Source: a virus
IMG/VR virus record: IMGVR_UViG_3300018057_000010
Location: 1 to 64,000 of that record
Strand: one strand, 5' to 3'
DNA length: 64,000 bases
Shown here: piece after piece, positions 38,388 to 46,135 of the stretch
Layout: each line of letters starts with the position of its first letter
Position numbering within the stretch: position 1 is the stretch's first letter
The notes under the pieces: generated by a model
What the model saw: only the letters and a program-made list of their open reading frames with translations
The model's database searches: none
Told to the model about the DNA's origin: nothing
Translations under genes and position numbers: made by a program

Positions 38388-38624
38388 TTAAGAAGATCTT
38401 CCAAAGCTCCAACACTGCCATTGCGAGTCATCTGTAAGGTATTCAAGCACCTTCCCGAGATCTTCTGACTTGACTTTATAGGTGCGGTGATTGTAGCCAA
38501 GGTAATGAGGGAGATCTTTCCCGATATCGGATTCCTCAATCACCATAACCTGTCTGTAGCAGCTTGAAGGTCGCCCCCAAGCGTTAAGACCTGAGCTAGG
38601 CTTCCTCTCTGTGATGACTTTCAT
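38388..38624 (-). CDS. Hypothetical protein
   Basis: 78 aa. Confidence 0.55.
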   Translation of the reverse strand: MKVITERKPSSGLNAWGRPSSCYRQVMVIEESDIGKDLPHYLGYNHRTYKVKSEDLGKVLEYLTDDSQWQCWSFGRSS

Positions 38625-39250
38625 AGCTCCTCATCTCCCCATGCGGCTTTGGCGGCCGCTTTCTCGCTCGCGAGTAACGCTTTGGTCTCTGCATCGAACA
38701 TTTGCGTAATGTCTTCATCGCGGTCTAACAGAGCGATCCAATCCCGCTCAATCGAGCCTTGTCTCGCGATAATCAAAATACCATCCTCACGGGGAATAGC
38801 CTTAAAACTGGTAACGTAAGACAGTGGAGAAATAGGTGCAACATACGTGCCATAGAATTCACACCCAAAGTGGTGACGTACATCCGGTTGCGTTTCCGAG
38901 TACCCACGTTTGCCGCCTAGATGAGCGCAAAAACTAGCCGCACCGCCTAAGTAAACGAACCCTTTCGGCTGCCCGTGGGGGTATCCATTCGTGTTTGAGG
39001 ACGGAATAAACACGGCTCGCTCAAATAGATCGGAGAATTTTGAAGCGGCTGGAAAAGCTAAGGCGCGAGAGGTTCTCTTACCCGCTTTCGCAGTAGCAAA
39101 AACAGACGGAACCCATGTGTATTTAGCTAGACGCTCCCAGAGCTTACCGCCAACTAGAGAACAGAATTCTTGAAAGGTCGTTGCTGCTTCGAATTCTTTC
39201 GCGTGCTCGTCGAATTCGGCATAAAAATCAAATGCGTTACTGTATGACAT
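38621..39250 (-). CDS. Hypothetical protein
   Basis: 209 aa, GGGGAG SD. Confidence 0.65.
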   Translation of the reverse strand: MSYSNAFDFYAEFDEHAKEFEAATTFQEFCSLVGGKLWERLAKYTWVPSVFATAKAGKRTSRALAFPAASKFSDLFERAVFIPSSNTNGYPHGQPKGFVYLGGAASFCAHLGGKRGYSETQPDVRHHFGCEFYGTYVAPISPLSYVTSFKAIPREDGILIIARQGSIERDWIALLDRDEDITQMFDAETKALLASEKAAAKAAWGDEEL

Positions 39251-39289
39251 TGGTTCTCCCCGCAGTGATCGGTTATCACTGCCTGTTGC

Positions 39290-39514
39290 TTAGTTAGTCT
39301 TGCGTGCTCTCCAGTTGTAGCCATCGGTGTACAGAGTCCACCCTTCAGGCAACGCCAAAAGGCACTCTTGCTCAGTTGGCGATGGCCCAACAGCGCAATT
39401 CGTTTCAGGGTCACGCGCAACGAACGAAAGGTCGCCGTCTCCAGGTGCATAGGCATGGATAACAGCGATACGGTCACCGTATTCATCGCGTCTGACTACT
39501 TCACTCTTGCTCAT
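39290..39514 (-). CDS. Hypothetical protein
   Basis: 74 aa, SD. Confidence 0.6.
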   Translation of the reverse strand: MSKSEVVRRDEYGDRIAVIHAYAPGDGDLSFVARDPETNCAVGPSPTEQECLLALPEGWTLYTDGYNWRARKTN

Positions 39515-39615
39515 ACTCTTCCCCCTAACGGCTGGTTGCCGTTAGTCCAATAATCGGACAGACGCGCCTCTCCCGTCAAGATAATTCAAATAATTATCTA
39601 GCAGGGAGAGGCCTT

Positions 39616-39870
39616 TTACTGAGCTTGCTGTGTGTCCTGACGAGCTTCCACGCGCGCCAAACGCTCTAAAAGTCTAGCGTAATCAGTAACTTGCAAGATA
39701 TCCCGCTTGACGTCTACCCGCATTTCCTTAAGATCGGCGCCCAATGTTTGCAGCTGCTTTTCCAGCCGTTCGAATGAGCGGCGGATTTCGGCCATTTGTT
39801 CCGCCTGCGTGGCCAGCTGCGGAGCTAGAAAGTCTTGGATCACTTGCCGGATGTCTTCAATCGTTCCCAT
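39616..39870 (-). CDS. Small coiled-coil protein
   Basis: MGTIEDIRQVIQDFLAPQL, SD AAGGGGG. Confidence 0.65.
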   Translation of the reverse strand: MGTIEDIRQVIQDFLAPQLATQAEQMAEIRRSFERLEKQLQTLGADLKEMRVDVKRDILQVTDYARLLERLARVEARQDTQQAQ

Positions 39871-40088
39871 AGTTCCCCCTTGGTGCTTGTAGGTTATCGC
39901 TCGCGCAAATTCGGAGCAACCGAATCGCACGCCCGAATATTTGTAGCACATTTTCGGTTCGCTCTGCCTTAAAACAATCGCAGGTAACCGGATAGGGTAT
40001 ATAAAGGCAAGTGAAGAAATCCCACGCCCAAATGGACAACGGCATCTGGCCCCCATCGGAGATTCATAACTCGCGCCTAACTTCTTCC

Positions 40089-40119
40089 TTGACACACCCA
40101 GCAAATTGTTTTAATTTGC
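40089..40119 (+). promoter_or_regulatory. Promoter with overlapping operator palindrome
   Basis: TTGACA-N17-TAATTT; GCAAATT-N5-AATTTGC overlaps -10. Confidence 0.65.
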
Positions 40120-40154
40120 CGAATGTAGCAGATTCATCCAAGGGAGAAAAATAA

Positions 40155-40574
40155 ATGACTACACCGGCCGATACTCCAAAAGAGAAGAACCAACTTTTCG
40201 GAGAGCGAGAGCAAGCACAGCCGCAAGCGCAAGCGCAACCAGCGGCAGCGGCAAAGCGTAAAGGGGGAAGGCCAGCACAGCCAGAACCTAGCCCACATCA
40301 ACCGCCGAAGGGGAAACCGTTAACGGAACAAGTGATGCAAGCCTTGCGGAAGCTTGAATCCGACATCAAAATGCCTGTAATGGTATCGCAAGTGTTACGC
40401 CATTTGGGAAGCGATATCAGAAAAGCGGATTTCGATAGCGCTGTCGTTCAGTTGATCATGGCGAAAAAATTAACTCTTGTGTGGAATGTTCCGCCTGAGG
40501 GGCACTCGATCAATGAATACGAAGAGCTAACCGTACATACCTACTTCGCTGTGATGCGGACACAGGAAAGCTAG
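40155..40574 (+). CDS. Putative winged-helix DNA-binding protein
   Basis: KRKGGRP basic motif plus helical/wing C-domain; own promoter and downstream hairpin. Confidence 0.55.
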   Translation: MTTPADTPKEKNQLFGEREQAQPQAQAQPAAAAKRKGGRPAQPEPSPHQPPKGKPLTEQVMQALRKLESDIKMPVMVSQVLRHLGSDIRKADFDSAVVQLIMAKKLTLVWNVPPEGHSINEYEELTVHTYFAVMRTQES

Positions 40575-40635
40575 CCGATAGCACGGGCAAGGTTCGCCAC
40601 TCTGCCCGTGCTGTTCTAAACCCATCGCAAGTCAC

Positions 40636-40839
40636 TCAAGAGCCCGCCTTTTGGCGGGTTTTTTTGCAGCGTGGACAGGGGCAGCCCTCAAGATGCACGG
40701 GAGTTATTTTCGAACCCAGCATCGAATCGTTCCAATGGGAGGAACGGCAATGGGGGCAAGTCCGGCTAGGCGTTGGCTTGGGAAGCCAAACGTGCTCGCA
40801 CTCGTCGCACATACAGCACCATCGAAAGATATAGCCCAT
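40636..40839 (-). CDS. Double Zn-finger protein (paralogue A)
   Basis: CDECEHVW.P....P..CPHC....W...H..CPC..C. Confidence 0.65.
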   Translation of the reverse strand: MGYIFRWCCMCDECEHVWLPKPTPSRTCPHCRSSHWNDSMLGSKITPVHLEGCPCPRCKKTRQKAGS

Positions 40840-41015
40840 AACAAAAGAACGCCCCACACAGGAACTGTAGAGGCGTTTGGCATAACCGCAGATATAGGCA
40901 GCATACGACCGGCCGCCAGCGCGATGCAAGCCGAATAGCACGCCCGCAAAGAATAACTTGAAAGCTATCTGCAAATTATTTATATTTTCAGAGCGGAAAA
41001 GGGAGCCGCAACGCC

Positions 41016-41204
41016 GTGATAAAGAAAATCAAATCAATTGCCATCTCCAAAGAGCTGGACGAAGGCCACGTCCGGCTATACGCCGAAGCGTCCATCGAAA
41101 TCGAAGAGGTTTCTCAGACTATTCGCCAAGAAGTAATGTATCTCACGAAAACGCTGCTGCAGATCGGATTCACTGCACAGGAGATCATGGACGCAAAAAC
41201 CTAA
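41016..41204 (+). CDS. Hypothetical protein
   Basis: 62 aa. Confidence 0.5.
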   Translation: MIKKIKSIAISKELDEGHVRLYAEASIEIEEVSQTIRQEVMYLTKTLLQIGFTAQEIMDAKT

Positions 41205-41216
41205 CTGGGAGATGGC

Positions 41217-41627
41217 GTGACGGCAGACGAAAGGAACAACATGTCAGGGGGATTGGATGATTACACGCTGAAAGAATTACTTGATGCCGTGAAACGAAAA
41301 AGAGAGAAAGGAGAGAAACTTACACGGGGACGACCGGAAGCGCCACAGCCGTGTAAGTGGTGTGGCATACCGATGAATTGGAGAACGAGAGAACACCATG
41401 AACCTAGATGCGAAAAGAATCCTTTAGTGGGGATCGAAACAAAGGGATTTCATCGCCCTGTGAAGTCCTCTCAGCTGAAACGCATTCGCAAGACAGCTAC
41501 GCGAATGTTAGGCAAACCGATAGAAGTTACGTATGACAATGAAAAGGACCGCTTCATCGTCGTCGATCCGAAAACCGGCCAAAAGTGGATAGTTTCTGGA
41601 TCTTCGACGAATTTCGAGCTGGTCTGA
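41217..41627 (+). CDS. Putative Zn-binding regulator
   Basis: RGRP..CKWC...H...C. Confidence 0.55.
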   Translation: MTADERNNMSGGLDDYTLKELLDAVKRKREKGEKLTRGRPEAPQPCKWCGIPMNWRTREHHEPRCEKNPLVGIETKGFHRPVKSSQLKRIRKTATRMLGKPIEVTYDNEKDRFIVVDPKTGQKWIVSGSSTNFELV

Positions 41628-41654
41628 AACTATAAGCTCATCGCAAGTAAGGTG

Positions 41655-41697
41655 AAAAAAAGAAGGCCACCCAGGGCGAGTGGCCTTTTTCATTTTG
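41655..41697. terminator. Bidirectional intrinsic terminator
   Basis: A-run, AAGGCCAC/GTGGCCTT stem, T-run between convergent genes. Confidence 0.75.
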
Positions 41698-41737
41698 AAC
41701 CCATAGCAACAGAATCCCTCAAGCAGTATGCAGCAAT

Positions 41738-42382
41738 TTAGAGATCCTGCCAAATGTAAATCCGGTTTTTTGTCTGGTCGTGCGACCGGCTGCGCAGCCA
41801 GGGAAAATACAGGGTTGTGTGCTCTTCCCGCATGATTTCTTTATCTCCGTGAACCTCTTCGTTGCCGATTAAGACATAGGTAACGCCGGTCCTTAGCAGC
41901 TCGTCTTCCTTGATGCCGTACACGCTTCCCCCACCTTTGGGCGGAGCCTTGCGCGGGTCGGCATATTGCGTGACCCAGCAACCGATGACAACATCGGGGC
42001 GATAAGCCGCGATGGCCTCCAGGGCGTCTAGACGCTCCACAAATGCCCCGTAGCGAATCGTGGGCTGCCGCAGAGCCTTGTAGTATGCCGCGACGTAGGA
42101 TTGTTCCTGGATGCGGTTATCGGTTGCCGGGATCTTCAGATGTCTTGCCAGGTCGCCAGCGCCAGAGCCTATCTCGATTGCGCTGCGGTCACCGATAAAG
42201 GCTCGCAGCCAATCGACGAGTTCCTGTGTGGGCACGCCATAACGGGCATGGCAATGGCACCATCCACGTAACGAATCGTTCGAGAACTGATCGTAGTGTG
42301 AAGCTGGTAAAAGTTTTATGACGCTGTCGTCATCTAATAAGCCGAGGATAGCCTCGGGCTTAGGAAACACGTCGATCCGCAT
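41738..42382 (-). CDS. SAM-dependent methyltransferase-fold protein
   Basis: AIEIGSGAGDLA motif I; LDALEAI; VVIGCWV. Confidence 0.6.
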   Translation of the reverse strand: MRIDVFPKPEAILGLLDDDSVIKLLPASHYDQFSNDSLRGWCHCHARYGVPTQELVDWLRAFIGDRSAIEIGSGAGDLARHLKIPATDNRIQEQSYVAAYYKALRQPTIRYGAFVERLDALEAIAAYRPDVVIGCWVTQYADPRKAPPKGGGSVYGIKEDELLRTGVTYVLIGNEEVHGDKEIMREEHTTLYFPWLRSRSHDQTKNRIYIWQDL

Positions 42383-42414
42383 ACAGAATAAAATGCACGG
42401 AAACGGCGATAACG

Positions 42415-42669
42415 TCAATTGTATAAAGTGTGAGTGCCGTCATCGTTCCGTTTGCATAAAACGAGACGCAACTGTTCGCAATTGCGGAACGAACCATAGA
42501 TAATCCATTGCCCAGGCGGTAGCGCTGAGATGTCGATGTTACGCGCTATTACTCTTTCGCCGCTAATGCCAAATCGAGGAGTAGGAATGTAATCGATATC
42601 CTCGAAGCGGACTACATACAACTCGCCAAATTGCAGGTGAGGAGCTTTATCGATGATCTGATAACCCAT
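42415..42669 (-). CDS. Hypothetical protein
   Basis: AGGAGG SD. Confidence 0.6.
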   Translation of the reverse strand: MGYQIIDKAPHLQFGELYVVRFEDIDYIPTPRFGISGERVIARNIDISALPPGQWIIYGSFRNCEQLRLVLCKRNDDGTHTLYN

Positions 42670-42780
42670 ATAGCCTCCTGAGGCCGTATTTATGCATACT
42701 CTAACATAAAGGGGTTTATGTTGTCGCCTTTTCTTTCATGCGCTATGATTATCGGCACGGAGTACGAAAGGTTGACGGTC

Positions 42781-43467
42781 ATGCGAGTAGCGATTTACGC
42801 CAGAGTGAGCCTGCCCAAGCGGCTGCGGGAGCAAACAGACGAGGAATTGCGGAAGCGTCAGCAGGAAGTAAAGAACCAATTGCTGCAGCTGCGTAAGTTT
42901 TGCTGGGAACAAAAGTGGGAGATCGTCGAGGAATTCGTGGACCATAAGACCGGCAAAGACAGTGAGCGGCCTGGATTCCAAGAGATGTTTCAGGCGGCCG
43001 AGCGGAAACAATTCGATCTGCTCCTTTTCTGGGCGCTCGACCGGGTATCTCGCGAGGGAGTTCTCGCAACGCTTAAACACTTCGAACGATTGCGTTTGTT
43101 GGGGATTAAGTTTCGCTCCTTCACGGAACCGTACCTGGATACCTTGGGGCCTTTCGGGGATGTCATCATCGCTCTGCTAGCCGCACTCGCCCAACAGGAG
43201 CGCAATCGAATCTCCGAACGCACCAAGGCCGGGATGCAGCGAGCGGCGGCGGCGGGGAAAAAGTTCGGACGAACGGACGGCAGAAATATCGATCCGCAAC
43301 AGGCCGCCATGCTGTACGCAAGTAACTTATCGGTCTCGCAGGTCGCACAACGCCTTCAAATATCAAAGACATGGGCTCATAAACTCATTCGAAAGGGAAA
43401 TAAAATAGTAGAGAATCCAGTTTCCGGTAACCATGATACTCCAATCGCTACCACCAGCGTAAGCTAG
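42781..43467 (+). CDS. Small serine recombinase (resolvase/invertase)
   Basis: AIYARVS, RPGF, LDRVSR, ERNRISERTKAG..GKKFGR, C-terminal HTH. Confidence 0.92.
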   Translation: MRVAIYARVSLPKRLREQTDEELRKRQQEVKNQLLQLRKFCWEQKWEIVEEFVDHKTGKDSERPGFQEMFQAAERKQFDLLLFWALDRVSREGVLATLKHFERLRLLGIKFRSFTEPYLDTLGPFGDVIIALLAALAQQERNRISERTKAGMQRAAAAGKKFGRTDGRNIDPQQAAMLYASNLSVSQVAQRLQISKTWAHKLIRKGNKIVENPVSGNHDTPIATTSVS

Positions 43468-43485
43468 ATAGTAACCTGAACGCAG

Positions 43486-43896
43486 TTACGCGAAAATGAT
43501 CGGATTGGCGACAGGATCTTGAATCAGGTCGAAGGGCGTGATGATGCGCTGCACGTATCCGCAGAGAGGACACAGCACGAAGGCGGAAGGCACGACATAC
43601 GCGAAGATAAAGCTCGGAGGATTCCAGGCATTCTCCCGCACATCCCAGGAGTTGAACCAATGGGCGCAGCCTCCCACCCATAGCCCGATCTGCTCCCCGA
43701 TCTGCTGTTGGGGGTAGACAATAGTGCCCGGTCCCCCAGGTTGACTCCAGACCTTCTCCCCATTGACAAGCCCACCGAAGAACAGGCTTCCCAGCAGCGG
43801 GATCGTAGCGACGGGATAGGGAGGATTGGACGTGCCCACGGCAAAGACTCTATCACGCTTCTTTTTCTTGGGGAAGCTTCTTGATTTTGCAGACAA
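43486..43896 (-). CDS. Hypothetical Zn-binding protein
   Basis: CAHW...CPLCGY; start uncertain. Confidence 0.5.
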   Translation of the reverse strand: MSAKSRSFPKKKKRDRVFAVGTSNPPYPVATIPLLGSLFFGGLVNGEKVWSQPGGPGTIVYPQQQIGEQIGLWVGGCAHWFNSWDVRENAWNPPSFIFAYVVPSAFVLCPLCGYVQRIITPFDLIQDPVANPIIFA

Positions 43897-44119
43897 TGCA
43901 ATCGCAGTCGGGATGGTGCGGAAGCCGGATCTGCCGCTCGATCACCTGAGCCGGAGCCAGTTTGGGCGCCTTCTTCTGCCGGATGCGCTCATGAAACCAG
44001 TTGATCCGCCCGCATTGCGGACACATCTTAGGTGGAGTGTTATAGCGTGCGGGCCAGATAAAGTGACAGTCCTCGAATTCGCAAACCCAATGCGGAACCA
44101 ATAACTGTATCTGACCCAT
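43853..44119 (-). CDS. Double Zn-finger protein (paralogue B)
   Basis: CEFEDCHFIWP....PKMCPQC...W...HHPDCDC..C. Confidence 0.65.
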   Translation of the reverse strand: MGQIQLLVPHWVCEFEDCHFIWPARYNTPPKMCPQCGRINWFHERIRQKKAPKLAPAQVIERQIRLPHHPDCDCIVCKIKKLPQEKEA

Positions 44120-44124
44120 ACTTA

Positions 44125-44448
44125 CCTGCAACCATACATCGATGACATCGCTATGCCTGCAACGAAGAGACAATACCTGCAACTGTGGAATCCGATCCGT
44201 ATCGAGCCATTTGCGAGACCTGCAACTCAACTATATGACACGTGTATTTGCAATACCTGCAATATGACCCTGCTCTTCCCGCCTGCAACTTTCAGCGCCT
44301 TATCCAGTCTGCAACATAAGCCATTTGCCTGTAATAACGTTCTGCGAATCTGCAACGTGGACCAGCTGACAATCACCTGCAACGAACACAGCCCAAGGAA
44401 CAAACCTGCAACACTCGAATGGAACACATCCTCATTTCTACCTACAAC
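44125..44448. repeat. Array of ~13 YCTGCAAY direct repeats
   Basis: CCTGCAAC at 44125, 44156, 44176, 44219, 44282, 44376, 44405 plus variants. Confidence 0.8.
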
Positions 44449-44462
44449 CCTGCCCGCTACTG

Positions 44463-45014
44463 TTATCGGTTAGCCTGAGCCGCGATAAACGAAAATTCGT
44501 TTTCCATCCAAAAGTCTACTCGTTCTTGGAGCCAAGCGGTAACGGTCTGCTTGTTTTCGTCAGCCAGCTGCTGGACAGCTTCCACGTATGACTCTCTGAG
44601 CAGCACAGGCACGCGCAGATCGCCGGAGGGGATCAGCTCCACCACATCTGGGGTAATATTGGCCAGAGCATGGAGCATGAAATCGGGCAGCAACGGAGCC
44701 TCTTGGGGGGCAGGCGGTTCCTTACAGATTTCCCTACCGGCATCCTCGCTTTGGACTTCGGAGTCGGCCTCCAGGTTTTGAGATAAATCCGTACTATTTT
44801 TTGGGTTCTTTTTTGCGCGGCCGGAGGACTTCTTCGGCGTCATTTCGATCACTTCGGCAGCACTGAAACTGTGGCCGTTTGGACACACAAAGTCAGTTGT
44901 TTCGGGGTCCATTTGGAGGGCAAAATCGTTCCCTTCCAAAGTAGCTGGAATCCTTTGGTGAACGGGAGTCGACTCCCAGTTTTTGAGACATTTCGGACAG
45001 CTAAGAAGATCCAT
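44463..45014 (-). CDS. Zn-ribbon plus C-terminal RHH-like protein
   Basis: CPKC...CPNGH; LRVPVLLRESYVEAVQQLADE..TVTAWLQE. Confidence 0.55.
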   Translation of the reverse strand: MDLLSCPKCLKNWESTPVHQRIPATLEGNDFALQMDPETTDFVCPNGHSFSAAEVIEMTPKKSSGRAKKNPKNSTDLSQNLEADSEVQSEDAGREICKEPPAPQEAPLLPDFMLHALANITPDVVELIPSGDLRVPVLLRESYVEAVQQLADENKQTVTAWLQERVDFWMENEFSFIAAQANR

Positions 45015-45207
45015 TTTCTGCTCCTGATGGGGGCGCCATTGGCCCTTTGCGAATCTTTTTCGAACGTGCTTTTGTAGCGCTTTTGACGTTTTCGCGCACA
45101 GCGTTGACTTTTGCGTCACTGCGGCTCGCGCCACCTTTTTTCCCGCCTTGCGAACCTACACACTTTGGGCAGATGAGCGGAGTGTGGTGTATCGGACAAG
45201 TTGGCAA
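45001..45207 (-). CDS. Small basic Zn-binding protein
   Basis: CPIH..L.CPKC; GGKKGG..S..K. Confidence 0.6.
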   Translation of the reverse strand: MPTCPIHHTPLICPKCVGSQGGKKGGASRSDAKVNAVRENVKSATKARSKKIRKGPMAPPSGAENGSS

Positions 45208-45301
45208 TGCATCCTCGCGTACTTAGGGTTACCCCTTTATGTTGGGGATGCCTAATTTTGCACTTAGGAGCCGCGCCGACGCAAGGAGTCCGATTGTCGG
45301 A

Positions 45302-45700
45302 CTATTTCTTCATATGGTCGAAGATCATGAAGATGAAGGTGCCCACGGCCGGGATGCCGAGGATGATCGCTCCCACCCAGCCCAGGGCCTGCAGAGCGCC
45401 TTTAACCGTGCCCGTCATTTCCGACTTTGCGGCGATGAAATCCTCGCGCAGAACCGTCTGCCCGCTGGTGACCTTTTCCTGTAAAGCTTCCTGTCTCTGG
45501 CTCAATTCATGCCGCAATTCTTCATGCTTTTCTGTAAGTTCGCGCCGCAGGGCCATTTGATCGGCCGTAATCTCTTTCCGCATCACCACAAGCTGGCCGG
45601 AAATTCCGGTCGATTGTGGGCTCCCATAAATCTCCCTCATCACCTGCTCCATTTGAGCGCGTAACGTGCCTAGCAGTTCTTCAACGCTCTCCCCGGCCAT
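45302..45700 (-). CDS. Coiled-coil protein with C-terminal TM (XhlA/holin-like)
   Basis: Coiled-coil followed by hydrophobic C-terminus. Confidence 0.5.
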   Translation of the reverse strand: MAGESVEELLGTLRAQMEQVMREIYGSPQSTGISGQLVVMRKEITADQMALRRELTEKHEELRHELSQRQEALQEKVTSGQTVLREDFIAAKSEMTGTVKGALQALGWVGAIILGIPAVGTFIFMIFDHMKK

Positions 45701-45783
45701 CTGTGCTTTCCCCTTTGCAAATTTCTGCTGCGACGTCTTCAGCTCGAACAATTTTGCCGTCACACGACACCGTTCCATCTCGT

Positions 45784-46134
45784 CTACACTGCCGTTGCCC
45801 CGGTCAGCAGCGTCGTCAGAGAGCTACTCTGTAGCATCGCCAGATAAGCCTCTGTCCAAAGGATGTCTTTCACCGTAGTGGGGGCCGTCAAGGGAGAGGT
45901 ACCCGTTACGGAACCGAACGTCGAGCTGAACAGCGTCGAGTCGAAGGCATAGCCATCTGTCTTGATGGGCTGCTTCCCATTCGCTGCTGCTGTCTCACTC
46001 ACATAGATGGCAAAGGAAACGACAGCCGTTTGGGAAACATGCGCTATCGAAACATTCGTGATCCGTAAATACGCATTGGTTGCCGTAAGACCTGCATCCG
46101 TCGTATAACTCGGTAATTGATATGCCATATTCAT
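45784..46134 (-). CDS. Putative fibre-assembly/accessory protein
   Basis: 116 aa directly after fibre gene. Confidence 0.5.
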   Translation of the reverse strand: MNMAYQLPSYTTDAGLTATNAYLRITNVSIAHVSQTAVVSFAIYVSETAAANGKQPIKTDGYAFDSTLFSSTFGSVTGTSPLTAPTTVKDILWTEAYLAMLQSSSLTTLLTGATAV

Positions 46135-46135
46135 C

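Larger units (their letters stand above)
32692..39545 (-). promoter_or_regulatory. Six dispersed WACCR-loop hairpins upstream of RBSs
   Basis: At 32692-32710, 33010-33026, 37239-37254, 38212-38232, 39262-39282, 39525-39545; covarying stems. Confidence 0.75.

Noticed and set aside
44125-44448. CRISPR mini-array
   Set aside because: Repeat is only 8 bp, spacing is irregular (9-43 bp), and no cas genes are present
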